DNA of 29,469 bases from NCBI GenBank assembly GCA_046759445.1, contig JBHICG010000043.1, positions 1 through 29,469 on the forward strand, written 5' to 3'. The notes beneath the pieces are model-generated. The model had not been told where the DNA came from. It worked only from the letters and a program-made list of their open reading frames with translations, and searched no databases. A program made the position numbers and the translations under genes. Shown piece after piece: positions 1 to 8,656 of the stretch (positions within the stretch are counted from its first letter, which is position 1; each line of letters begins with the position of its first letter). This DNA comes from Candidatus Scalinduaceae bacterium. GTDB taxonomy: Bacteria > Planctomycetota > Brocadiia > Brocadiales > Scalinduaceae.

Positions 1-166
1 TATCAAAATTGTATAAACATTAGAACGTTTCTTCATATGAAGATATTTAAAATATAGTAAAAGTGATTTGTAACTATATTATTGACTTAAATATTATAAA
101 AGAGTGGGTTTGTTTTGCAATATAAAACATTATTCACCGCAGAACGCAAAGGAAAAAGGGGGATAG

Positions 167-565
167 TTATGACGTGTTTAAGATATTTATGTTTAATAAT
201 CTACAGATAGGCTCAAAATCTTTTGGGTTAGATGTTATTATTTGTGCGCCTATTTTCCCGGTTAACACTGTTATTAATACATCATTTGATCTTTTAGATG
301 CAGGCCATTCTAATTGTGATAAAACATCGCCTGCTTTAACAAAATCTTTCAACCCAGGATTTACTATTCTATTGTGCTTAATAAATGGATCTATTGTTGA
401 TTTTATTGTTTTTTTAGAATATTTATCTCTAGCACCAGCCAATAATTCCATTATAACAACAGATGGCATATAAACCATTCTCCCATGTATCAATTTAAGA
501 CTCTCTTCATTTTTTCCTCTAGCCCAATCAACCCAAACTGGTGTATCTATAACTATCGGCTTCAT
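167..565 (-). CDS. vapC: PIN-domain toxin, VapC family
   Basis: 132 aa. N-terminal IDTPVWV, then VVIMELLAG, SNDVLI and TSNPKDF carry the acidic PIN residues in the expected order. The start overlaps the upstream small ORF stop (ATGA). Confidence 0.88.
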   Translation of the reverse strand: MKPIVIDTPVWVDWARGKNEESLKLIHGRMVYMPSVVIMELLAGARDKYSKKTIKSTIDPFIKHNRIVNPGLKDFVKAGDVLSQLEWPASKRSNDVLITVLTGKIGAQIITSNPKDFEPICRLLNINILNTS

Positions 566-738
566 TTTGTCTCAAAATTTGGCATGGATCCAAATAAATT
601 CTTAATAGCTTTCTCAATTTCTTTATTTGCAATTACCATAGACAAAGCCTCATCAACTGCCTTGGTATCATTTTTTGCCCCTAAAATTTTTTTTGCCACA
701 GCCAATTTATGTTTACTTATTTCCATTGTTTTGCGCAT
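562..738 (-). CDS. vapB: VapB-type antitoxin (58 aa, absent from the ORF track)
   Basis: Read by hand: MRKTMEISKHKLAVAKKILGAKNDTKAVDEALSMVIANKEIEKAIKNLFGSMPNFETK*. GGGAGAG Shine-Dalgarno upstream, TGA overlaps the vapC ATG, and the MRxT...AVDEAL pattern is typical of VapB antitoxins. Confidence 0.85.
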   Translation of the reverse strand: MRKTMEISKHKLAVAKKILGAKNDTKAVDEALSMVIANKEIEKAIKNLFGSMPNFETK

Positions 739-770
739 ATCGTCTCTCCCTTATACATATTTTTTCTTTA

Positions 771-798
771 ATCTTATGCATTAGCTTATAAATGTCAA
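771..798 (-). promoter_or_regulatory. Putative sigma70 promoter of vapBC
   Basis: Minus strand TTGACA-N16-TAAGAT, about 30 nt upstream of the vapB ATG. Confidence 0.55.
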
Positions 799-919
799 CT
801 ATAACCTTGTAAACGGGGTTCGTCACCCTTGCTCCGTACGAAACAGACGTCTTAACTGCAACCTATCGACTTTGCCGAACCTGGCTCTGTTACTGTATCC
901 GTTTGCCAATAATTAAATG

Positions 920-948
920 TGGACTTTAAATATATAGTATAGTATTAT
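920..948 (+). promoter_or_regulatory. Putative sigma70 promoter of the CBS-USP operon
   Basis: TGGACT-N17-TATTAT about 100 nt upstream of the CBS gene. The AT-rich context weakens the call. Confidence 0.35.
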
Positions 949-1049
949 TACTCTAAAATAATCTTTGATAAACAGTATGCTTAATAAAACATTCAAAAAT
1001 TAACTGTATTTACACTATTTTATTTTTTTACTGAAGGAAGGGGGCCGTT

Positions 1050-1445
1050 ATGTTAGCAAAAGAAATAATGAATAAGATAGTAACCGCTGCAGCAAAAAAA
1101 ACGAATGGTAGAGATTTGGCTATAAAATTACTATCTGGTATGTACAGTGGACTTCCTGTTGTCGACGATGGCAAGGTGGTCGGTGTTATAAGTGAGTTTG
1201 ATCTCCTTAAGGCAGTAAAGGAAGGCAAAGATTTACAAAAGGTTTGTGCTGAAGATATTATGACAAAGGATCCTATTTGTGTAGAAGAGGAAACCAATGT
1301 TGAAGAAATAATCAAATTAATGACTGAACATAACATTATTAGAGTGCCAGTAGTAAGAAAAGGGAATTTAATTGGTGTAATTTCAAGATGTGACATACTC
1401 AGTAGTTTAATTCAACCTGAGTTTATGACGTTTTACGGGGATTAA
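1050..1445 (+). CDS. CBS-domain pair (Bateman module) protein
   Basis: SGLPVVDDGKVVGVISEFDL and RVPVVRKGNLIGVISRCDI are two CBS repeats; GAAGGAAGGGG SD. Confidence 0.92.
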   Translation: MLAKEIMNKIVTAAAKKTNGRDLAIKLLSGMYSGLPVVDDGKVVGVISEFDLLKAVKEGKDLQKVCAEDIMTKDPICVEEETNVEEIIKLMTEHNIIRVPVVRKGNLIGVISRCDILSSLIQPEFMTFYGD

Positions 1446-1446
1446 G

Positions 1447-2286
1447 ATGCTTAAGACAATACTTGTACCAGTAGACGGTTCAGATACAAGCCTTGTAGCA
1501 GTTGAATATGCAATCGAACTGTCAAGGTCATTTAATTCAGAAATAATTGGTATTTCAATTATGGACATAAAAAAGCTGGCTGGACCTTTTATGAGAGATT
1601 TAGGTACAAGTATTGGTGGGATGGTGCCGTACGGCGACTTCCAGCAGAAAGTAAGAAAACTTATGGAAGACATTGCAAATGCCGCATTGGATGAGCTTGA
1701 GGGAAAATGTAATACTGCAAATATTCCTTGTGTTCGAGGAATAAAAGAAGGAATTGTAAGCAAAGAAATAGTTAAATCTGCCGAAAGATGTGATATGATT
1801 TCAATGGGGATGTCAGGCGAACATGCTTTGTGGCGTGATTCCCTACTGGGCTCAAACCTTGAATCAGTAGCAAGGCAGACACATAAACCCATAATGGTTA
1901 CCCCTGGAAAGTATAAGATAATTACAAAAATGCTCATTGCATATGATGGAAGCCCTTTTTCGACTAAGGCATTACATACAGGCGCAGAGATCTCTCAACG
2001 AATGTGTTTGCCCCTGACCGTTATAAATGCCTGCGATGATAATGGCAAAGGAAAAGAGATCATGTCCGAAGCTATTGGATATTTGAGAGAAAACAACATA
2101 ACTCATAACACCATTCTTGAAAGTGGTGATCCTGTAGAGGTTATTTCAGAACTTTGCGAAAAGGACTCCTATGACTTACTTGTGATGGGCGCCTATGGTC
2201 ATTCAAAAATAAGAGACCTAATCCTTGGAAGCACTACCATACGACTGATGAGAAAAGCAAATTACCCTTTACTGCTCTGTAGATAA
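1447..2286 (+). CDS. Universal stress protein, two tandem USP domains
   Basis: ILVPVDGS and LIAYDGS domain starts; GMSG...LGSN and GAYGHSKIRDLILGST ATP-binding-type motifs. Confidence 0.92.
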   Translation: MLKTILVPVDGSDTSLVAVEYAIELSRSFNSEIIGISIMDIKKLAGPFMRDLGTSIGGMVPYGDFQQKVRKLMEDIANAALDELEGKCNTANIPCVRGIKEGIVSKEIVKSAERCDMISMGMSGEHALWRDSLLGSNLESVARQTHKPIMVTPGKYKIITKMLIAYDGSPFSTKALHTGAEISQRMCLPLTVINACDDNGKGKEIMSEAIGYLRENNITHNTILESGDPVEVISELCEKDSYDLLVMGAYGHSKIRDLILGSTTIRLMRKANYPLLLCR

Positions 2287-2390
2287 ATTAGCTCCTTTTG
2301 TCTCTAATTTATGGCATTACGGCAATTCGGTGACAGCGAATTGACATTTGCCTTCTCAAAATGAATTTACCATTAAAGTATTCAGGTTCT

Positions 2391-2411
2391 GTAGGGTGGG
2401 CAATGTCCACC
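2391..2411 (+). repeat. GTAG-type REP-like palindrome
   Basis: GTAG followed by the imperfect hairpin GGTGGGCA-A-TGTCCACC, intergenic. Confidence 0.5.
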
Positions 2412-2448
2412 AAGAAATTAATAAATTCACGCTAGCAGGAGTAATAAC

Positions 2449-2907
2449 ATGATAAATCTTAAAAAGATACTCTGTCCCATTGATCATTCAGAGGGTTCAA
2501 AAGAGGCGCTTAGGTATGCTGTGTCATTTGCCATAAAAGAGAAGGCGAAGCTATATTTGTTACACGTTATTGACATACGGACTTTTGATGAAAGTATAGA
2601 TATGATGGCAAAACAAGTACCAGATGACGAAACAATTAAACAGCTAAAAACAAAACTCATTGAATGTATACCAGAAGAAATTAGAAATGATATGGAGATA
2701 GAGTCCATGGTTGTGCAGGGAATACCTTTTGCCGAAATTATAAGCGTAGCAAAGAAAGACAAGATAGATATGATAGTAATTGGCACCCATGGCAGGACAG
2801 GTCTCGCACATATAATGATTGGAAGTGTATCTGAAAAGGTAGTAAGAAAAGCGCCTTGTCCTGTATTGACAGTTAGACAATCCGGTCACAAATTTGTCAT
2901 GCCTTAA
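2449..2907 (+). CDS. Universal stress protein (single domain)
   Basis: ILCPIDHS...GTHGRTGLAHIMIGSVSEKVVRKAPCPVLTV; AGGAG SD. Confidence 0.93.
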   Translation: MINLKKILCPIDHSEGSKEALRYAVSFAIKEKAKLYLLHVIDIRTFDESIDMMAKQVPDDETIKQLKTKLIECIPEEIRNDMEIESMVVQGIPFAEIISVAKKDKIDMIVIGTHGRTGLAHIMIGSVSEKVVRKAPCPVLTVRQSGHKFVMP

Positions 2908-3513
2908 AGATTTTTCCACTAAATAATAAAACTGAATTTATGGATAGCATGATAAGATTACAGAAAATCTTGTGTTCAGTTGACTTTTCTGAGAGTTCCC
3001 TTGAAGCGCTAAAGTATGCTACTCACCTTGCATTAAATGAGGGTGCCACACTATACCTGATCCATATAGTTGATAGCAGGATATATGATTATGGTGGTCC
3101 TATTTACGAACCAGAGACATCTACTATAGCACCAGTGATCGATCAAACTTCTATGGATCGCTTAAAGGATAAATTACTGGAGGAAGTTGCAAAAGAGTTA
3201 CAAGATAAGGTTGAAACGATAATATCATTTGGTGTTCCTTTTGTTGAAATCATAAAAGCAGCAAAGGACAATGATATAGATTTAATTGTAATGGGCACAC
3301 ACGGAAGGAGTGGGATTGCACACATAATGCTTGGAAGTGTATCTGAAAAGGTAGTAAGAAAAGCGCCTTGTCCTGTATTAACAGTTAGACAATCCGGTCA
3401 CAAATTTGTCATGCCTTAAAGATTTTTTCACTAAATAATAAAACTGAATTTATGGATAGCATGATAAGATTACAGAAAATCTTGTGTTCAGTTGACTTTT
3501 CTGAGAGTTCCCT
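2819..3513 (+). repeat. Direct repeat with 512-bp period (2819-3001 vs 3331-3513)
   Basis: About 183 bp with 2 mismatches by manual comparison, covering a USP 3' end, the spacer and the next USP 5' end. A second identical block lies at 3230-3298 vs 3742-3810. Confidence 0.92.
2940..3419 (+). CDS. Universal stress protein (chimera of its two neighbours)
   Basis: USP motifs. The N-terminal part matches the 3452 gene and the C-terminus (GSVSEKVV...HKFVMP) matches the 2449 gene. Confidence 0.92.
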   Translation: MDSMIRLQKILCSVDFSESSLEALKYATHLALNEGATLYLIHIVDSRIYDYGGPIYEPETSTIAPVIDQTSMDRLKDKLLEEVAKELQDKVETIISFGVPFVEIIKAAKDNDIDLIVMGTHGRSGIAHIMLGSVSEKVVRKAPCPVLTVRQSGHKFVMP

Positions 3514-3928
3514 CGAAGCGTTAAAGCATGCTACCCACCTTGCATTAAATGATAGTGCCATACTATACCTGATACTTACAGTTGATAGCAATACATATGA
3601 TTATGGTGAGATCTTATATAAATCAGAGATGTCAGATGCGGAATCAATGACTGAACAATCACTTATAAACCTTTTAAAGGGTAAATTACTGGAAGAAGTT
3701 CCAAAAGTTATACAAGATAAGGTTGAGATGTTAATATCATATGGTGTTCCTTTTGTTGAAATCATAAAAGCAGCAAAGGACAATGATATAGATTTAATTG
3801 TAATGGGCACCCATGGCAGGAGTGGGATCTTACGTTTATTGATCGGGAGCGTAGCAGAAAAGGTTATAAGAAATGCGCCTTGCCCAGTCTTGACTGTAAA
3901 AACTGAAGAAAATTTTTTTGATCAATAG
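3452..3928 (+). CDS. Universal stress protein (single domain)
   Basis: ILCSVDFS...GTHGRSGILRLLIGSVAEKVIRNAPCPVLTV. Confidence 0.92.
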   Translation: MDSMIRLQKILCSVDFSESSLEALKHATHLALNDSAILYLILTVDSNTYDYGEILYKSEMSDAESMTEQSLINLLKGKLLEEVPKVIQDKVEMLISYGVPFVEIIKAAKDNDIDLIVMGTHGRSGILRLLIGSVAEKVIRNAPCPVLTVKTEENFFDQ

Positions 3929-4006
3929 TATTATAAAGAGTGAAACGTATTATAAAAAGGTGGAAGATTCTAACAAAAAATATTAGAGTTACAAACAATT
4001 AAAAAA

Positions 4007-5581
4007 ATGAAAGTTGAAAAAAATATTGGTCTTGTTGGCCTCGGTTATTGGGGAAAGAACATACATCGCAATCTCTACGAATTGGGAGTTATTCATACAG
4101 CCTGTGATTCCGAACCGCGAATTATTTCAGAACGACAGGAGAAAATCCAAGATATTAACTATACAACTTCTTTTGACGATATGCTAAAAGAGCCTGACAT
4201 AAAGGCAGTTGCTATTGCAACTCCAGCTGCAACTCACTATGAGCTAGTAAAGCAATCAATGCTGGCAGACAAGGATGTCTTTGTCGAAAAGCCACTTGCC
4301 CTAACAGTTAAAGAAGGAGAAGAGCTTGTAGAGCTTGCTGAGAAAAAAAATAGGATTTTGATGATAGGGCATATTTTGCAATACCATCCAGCAGTTATAA
4401 GATTAAAGGAGCTTATATCATCAGGTGAGCTTGGCAAGATTCAGTACGTCTATTCAAATCGTCTCAATATCGGAAAACTCAGAACTGAGGAAAACATTCT
4501 CTGGAGTTTTGCACCACACGATATATCCGTAATCTTAATGATTATTAATGAAAAACCTATAAGAGTGTCAGCTTTAGGAGGGGATTATCTAAACAAAGGG
4601 ATTTATGATACTACCTTGACTACTATAGAATTCAGAAATGGGATAAAGGGCCATATCTTTGTTAGCTGGCTTCATCCGTATAAAGAGCAAAGGTTAATCG
4701 TTGTTGGTTCAAAGGCTATGGCAGTTTTTGATGATGTGAGTGAAGAAAAGTTATTTATATACCCACACAGAATAGAATGGAAGGATGGCAAAATTCCTGT
4801 TGCTCATAAGGCTGATTTTGATATTGTTCAGATAGATAAGGGAGAGCCCTTAAAACAAGAATTAAAGCATTTCGTAGAATGTGTTATGGAAAGGAAAAGA
4901 CCCATAACAGATGGCTTCGAGGGTTTAAGGGTATTAAAAATCCTTGAACTAGCAGAGAAGGAACTAATAAGAGGTAAAGATACAAAAGCAGGACAAGATA
5001 GCCAAAACTATAATATTCATGAAAGCACCTATATAGATAAAGACGCTAAAATAGGCGAAGGAACGAAAATATGGCATTTTTCTCATATTTTGAAAGGCTC
5101 ATACATAGGAAAAAACTGTATTATTGGACAGAATGTTGCGGTTGGCCCAGATGTAGTAATAGGTGATAAATGTAAGATTCAGAACAATGTGTCTGTATAT
5201 AAGGGTGTTATCCTAGAGGATGAGGTTTTCTGTGGACCCTCGTGTGTGTTCACGAATGTTTATAATCCAAGGGCATTTATAGAGAGAAAACGTGAATTCA
5301 GAAAGACTCTTATTAAAAAAGGTACTACTATAGGAGCAAATGCAACAATCATCTGTGGAGTTACAATTGGACAATACGCTATGGTAGGAGCAGGTGCCGT
5401 TGTAAAGGTAGATGTGCCAGATTACGCCATTGTCGCCGGCGTTCCTGCCAGACAAATAGGATGGTCATGCAAATGTGGAACAACATTAAGATTTGATGAA
5501 AAAAATGAGGCTAATTGTGAATATTGTAAAGACACGTATCAACTGAGAGACGGAAAGCTAAACATAGATAAACGAAGGTAA
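4007..5581 (+). CDS. Fused Gfo/Idh/MocA nucleotide-sugar 3-dehydrogenase (WbpB/WlbA-like) and hexapeptide N-acetyltransferase (WbpD/WlbB-like)
   Basis: N-terminal GLGYWG Rossmann motif with EKP and HD motifs. C-terminal [24 protein letters not shown] hexapeptide domain ending in CKCG...CEYC. Confidence 0.85.
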   Translation: MKVEKNIGLVGLGYWGKNIHRNLYELGVIHTACDSEPRIISERQEKIQDINYTTSFDDMLKEPDIKAVAIATPAATHYELVKQSMLADKDVFVEKPLALTVKEGEELVELAEKKNRILMIGHILQYHPAVIRLKELISSGELGKIQYVYSNRLNIGKLRTEENILWSFAPHDISVILMIINEKPIRVSALGGDYLNKGIYDTTLTTIEFRNGIKGHIFVSWLHPYKEQRLIVVGSKAMAVFDDVSEEKLFIYPHRIEWKDGKIPVAHKADFDIVQIDKGEPLKQELKHFVECVMERKRPITDGFEGLRVLKILELAEKELIRGKDTKAGQDSQNYNIHESTYIDKDAKIGEGTKIWHFSHILKGSYIGKNCIIGQNVAVGPDVVIGDKCKIQNNVSVYKGVILEDEVFCGPSCVFTNVYNPRAFIERKREFRKTLIKKGTTIGANATIICGVTIGQYAMVGAGAVVKVDVPDYAIVAGVPARQIGWSCKCGTTLRFDEKNEANCEYCKDTYQLRDGKLNIDKRR

Positions 5582-5790
5582 AATCTCTCTATTAATGGGG
5601 CTGTAGGTTTATGGTTTTTGATAATGCTATATTGCTAACGTTCTTAACATGGTCTTGAAGGGGAATATATTCCGAAGCAAACCCAAAAGGTGATTCTTCT
5701 TGTTGTTTTACCTCACTGATATAACTTCAGAAACCAAAACCAAAAAGATGTACTTTGATGTATGATTAACAATTTATAAGGAAGTATCTT

Positions 5791-6570
5791 ATGAAAGCCG
5801 TAATTCTTGCAGGAGGCGTTGGTGCACGTCTATCCGAGGAAACTGCCGTACGTCCCAAACCAATGGTAGAAATTGGTGGCAAACCAATCCTCTGGCATAT
5901 CATGAAGATATATTCTGCCTATGGAATTAAAGAATTCATAATCTGTTGTGGGTATAAAGGGTATATGATTAAAGAATATTTTGCTAATTATTTTTTGCAT
6001 ATGTCTGACATAACATTTGACATTAAAAATAATAGTATGAAAGTCCTACAAAACAGCGCTGAACCATGGACGGTAACACTCGTTGATACTGGTGAAAAAA
6101 CCATGACTGGTGGGCGTCTTAGAAGAGTTAAAGATTTTATTGGTAATGAAACTTTCTGTTGTACGTATGGAGATGGTGTAAGCAATGTGAATATTAGCCA
6201 GTTGATTGATTTTCATTTATCTCAAAATACTCTGGCTACCTTAACAGTAGTCCAACCACCAGGGCGATATGGAGCCATAAGTTTTAGGAAAGATCAAAAT
6301 AAAGTACTAAGTTTCAGGGAAAAACCTAAGGATAATAGTAGAACATGGATAAATGCTGGTTTTTTTATTCTGGAACCAGGAATTATGGATTATATCTCTA
6401 ATGACATGACTATATGGGAACTAGAACCATTACAAAGTTTAGCAAACAATGAGTTGTTATCTGTTTACAAACATTATGGATTTTGGCAGTCCATGGATAC
6501 ATTACGTGACAAAAACGTTCTTGAAGATTTTTGGAATAGTGGCAAGATTCCCTGGAAGGTTTGGGAATGA
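5791..6570 (+). CDS. rfbF: Glucose-1-phosphate cytidylyltransferase
   Basis: [60 protein letters not shown]. Confidence 0.95.
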   Translation: MKAVILAGGVGARLSEETAVRPKPMVEIGGKPILWHIMKIYSAYGIKEFIICCGYKGYMIKEYFANYFLHMSDITFDIKNNSMKVLQNSAEPWTVTLVDTGEKTMTGGRLRRVKDFIGNETFCCTYGDGVSNVNISQLIDFHLSQNTLATLTVVQPPGRYGAISFRKDQNKVLSFREKPKDNSRTWINAGFFILEPGIMDYISNDMTIWELEPLQSLANNELLSVYKHYGFWQSMDTLRDKNVLEDFWNSGKIPWKVWE

Positions 6571-7661
6571 ACAAAACTTTTTGGAAAGAAAAGAAAATAT
6601 TAGTTACAGGAAATACTGGATTCAAAGGAAGCTGGTTATCTTTATGGTTACAGTGTCTTGGCGCAAACGTAATAGGCTATTCATTACCATCGCCAACTAA
6701 GCCGAGTTTATTTGAATCAGCTGATGTGGCAAAGGGGATGGATTGTATCGTAGGAGATGTCCGGGACTTAGAACAACTGAAAGCCGTAATCGCAAAATAT
6801 CAGCCTGAAATCATAATTCATATGGCAGCACAATCATTGGTGCATTATTCTTATAATAACCCAGTAGAAACATATTCTACCAATGTCATGGGTACCGTAA
6901 ATATACTAGAAATAGTTCGCCATTTGAGATGTGCGCGTGTAGTAATTATTGTTACCAGTGACAAGTGTTATGAGAACAAAGAGTGGTTTTGGGGTTACAG
7001 AGAAAATGACCCCATGGGCGGGAGAGATCCTTATTCAAGCAGTAAAGGGTGTGCAGAATTGGTCACAACGGCTTATCGTAATTCGTATTTATCGGGAAAG
7101 GATCTTGAACATCATGGTGTGACAGTAGCAAGCGTAAGGGCCGGTAATGTAATCGCAGGTGGAGATTGGTCTAAAGACCGGCTAATCCCTGATATCATGA
7201 AAGCGTTTATAGAAAATCAGCCTGTGATTATCCGCAACCCGAATTATATTCGTCCTTGGCAACATGTACTGGAACCATTGAATGGCTATCTTTGCTTGAT
7301 TGAACATCTCTGGGAACAAGGACCAAAGTTTGCCGATGCTTGGAACTTTGGCCCAAACGATGAAGATGCTAGACCTGTCTCCTGGATTGTAGAAACTTTA
7401 ATCAGTCTATGGGGAGGGAATGCTAGCTGGAAACTGTCTTCAGATAAATATCCTCACGAGTCCAATTATCTGAAACTGGACTGCTCCAAAGCGAGACGGC
7501 TGTTAAAATGGTCACCAAAATTAAATATTGCAACAACTCTGAAGTGGATTGCTGAATGGTATCAATACTACCAACAAAATAAGGATATGCGTAATCTCAC
7601 GGTAGCTGAAATTGTGCGTTTTGAGAATCTTCGAGAAGGGAGACAAGAAACAGTGGAATAA
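6567..7661 (+). CDS. rfbG: CDP-glucose 4,6-dehydratase
   Basis: [46 protein letters not shown] at 6567 overlaps the rfbF TGA and is preferred over TTG at 6561. Confidence 0.95.
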   Translation: MNKTFWKEKKILVTGNTGFKGSWLSLWLQCLGANVIGYSLPSPTKPSLFESADVAKGMDCIVGDVRDLEQLKAVIAKYQPEIIIHMAAQSLVHYSYNNPVETYSTNVMGTVNILEIVRHLRCARVVIIVTSDKCYENKEWFWGYRENDPMGGRDPYSSSKGCAELVTTAYRNSYLSGKDLEHHGVTVASVRAGNVIAGGDWSKDRLIPDIMKAFIENQPVIIRNPNYIRPWQHVLEPLNGYLCLIEHLWEQGPKFADAWNFGPNDEDARPVSWIVETLISLWGGNASWKLSSDKYPHESNYLKLDCSKARRLLKWSPKLNIATTLKWIAEWYQYYQQNKDMRNLTVAEIVRFENLREGRQETVE

Positions 7662-7865
7662 TATAATGAATCAGAGATAACATTTCTTTTAAATTTATCG
7701 GAAAAGCAAATATTTAACATGGAAAACTTCAATGAGTTGCTTTCTTATATCAAATCTGGAAGAATAAATATTAAGACACACAGGGATATAGAAAATGAGA
7801 TGTGGTTTGGGGTAGATTATATATGAATGTATAATTATTGTATACTTTCTTGATTGTTACAAAGT

Positions 7866-7906
7866 AAAAAAGGTTTGTACTTATGACTTAAATACAAGCC
7901 TTTTTT
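7866..7906. terminator. Likely bidirectional intrinsic terminator downstream of tRNA-Glu
   Basis: A6-GGTTTGTACTTA-loop-TAAATACAAGCC-T6 imperfect stem between convergent transcription units. Confidence 0.7.
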
Positions 7907-7913
7907 CAATACT

Positions 7914-7988
7914 TGACCCCATGGGGATTTGAACCCCAGTTGCCGGGATGAAAACCCGGTGTCCTAGGCCAGACTAGACGATGGGGCC
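7914..7988 (-). tRNA. tRNA-Glu (TTC)
   Basis: GGCCCCATCGTCTAGTCTGGCCTAGGACACCGGG-TTTTCAT-CCCGGCAACTGGGGTTCAAATCCCCATGGGGTCA folds as a cloverleaf; CCA not encoded. Confidence 0.95.
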
Positions 7989-8013
7989 ATAATTTACTAT
8001 TACTATATTTCAG

Positions 8014-8086
8014 TGAGGGCAGAAGGACTCGAACCTTCGACACCCGCCTTAAAAGGGCGGTGCTCTACCAGCTGAGCTATGCCCCC
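8014..8086 (-). tRNA. tRNA-Lys (TTT)
   Basis: GGGGGCATAGCTCAGCTGGTAGAGCACCGCC-CTTTTAA-GGCGGGTGTCGAAGGTTCGAGTCCTTCTGCCCTCA; CCA not encoded. Confidence 0.95.
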
Positions 8087-8095
8087 TGAATTGAA

Positions 8096-8656
8096 CTACA
8101 TCTTTAATATTTCTTCTGATTTCTTAGCTAACTTTTCATCTAGCTTGGCTTCATGGTCATTTGTAAGCTTTTGAATTCTGTTCTTTGCTTTTTTTGCTTC
8201 GTCCTCAGTAAGTAGTGAGTTTTTTTCCTCTACATCTATATGTTTATTAGCCTCACGCCTTACATTTCTAATAGCTATCTTATTTTCTTCTACCATATCT
8301 TTTATTTGAACAACAATTTTCTTTCTTCTCTCTTCACTTAATGGTGGTATGGAGATACGAATGACTTTTCCATCAGTATTAGTTGTAAGGCCTAGTTCGG
8401 ATTGCGAAATAGCCTTCTCCATTTCTTTAATAATAGAGGGATCAAAAGGTTTTATAACGATTAATTGAGCTTCTGGTGTAGTTATGTTTGCAAGTTGTTT
8501 AAATGGAGTATGAGAACCATAATAGTTAATTTTGATATTTTCGACAAGGCCCGGGGTGGCACGACCAGTTCTTATACTTTTCAACTCTTCCTGCATTATT
8601 TCTAGAGTTTTCTCCATCTTCCTTTTTGCTTCATCTTGTATAACTTCAGAAGTCAT
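8096..8656 (-). CDS. frr: Ribosome recycling factor
   Basis: IRTGRA, IPPLSEERRK, IRNVRR; follows pyrH with ATGA overlap. Confidence 0.97.
   Translation of the reverse strand: MTSEVIQDEAKRKMEKTLEIMQEELKSIRTGRATPGLVENIKINYYGSHTPFKQLANITTPEAQLIVIKPFDPSIIKEMEKAISQSELGLTTNTDGKVIRISIPPLSEERRKKIVVQIKDMVEENKIAIRNVRREANKHIDVEEKNSLLTEDEAKKAKNRIQKLTNDHEAKLDEKLAKKSEEILKM

Noticed and set aside
133..151. TTCACCGCAGAACGCAAAG, resembling a degenerate CGCAGAG-type short repeat
   Set aside because: Single degenerate copy, too short to support.
174..784. Plus-strand ORFs 174-473 and 485-784
   Set aside because: Antisense shadows of vapC and vapB with no motifs. The same applies to the other opposite-strand ORFs overlapping well-supported genes.
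809..906. c-di-GMP-I riboswitch, SRP RNA, 6S RNA or attC identity for the structured block
   Set aside because: Only partial words match (GGCAAAC, CAGGTTCGG). There is no GNRA/receptor pair, no GGAAGGAAGCAG, it is too short for 6S, and the ends do not fit RYYYAAC/GTTRRRY.
2819..3810. CRISPR array or DGR template/variable repeat pair
   Set aside because: The repeats are long coding duplications, substitutions are not adenine-specific, and there is no reverse transcriptase or cas gene.
5606..5741. Imperfect inverted repeat GGTTTATGGTTTTTGA / TCAGAAACCAAAACC upstream of rfbF
   Set aside because: Low complexity with an indel, so likely chance. No JUMPstart/ops motif recognised.
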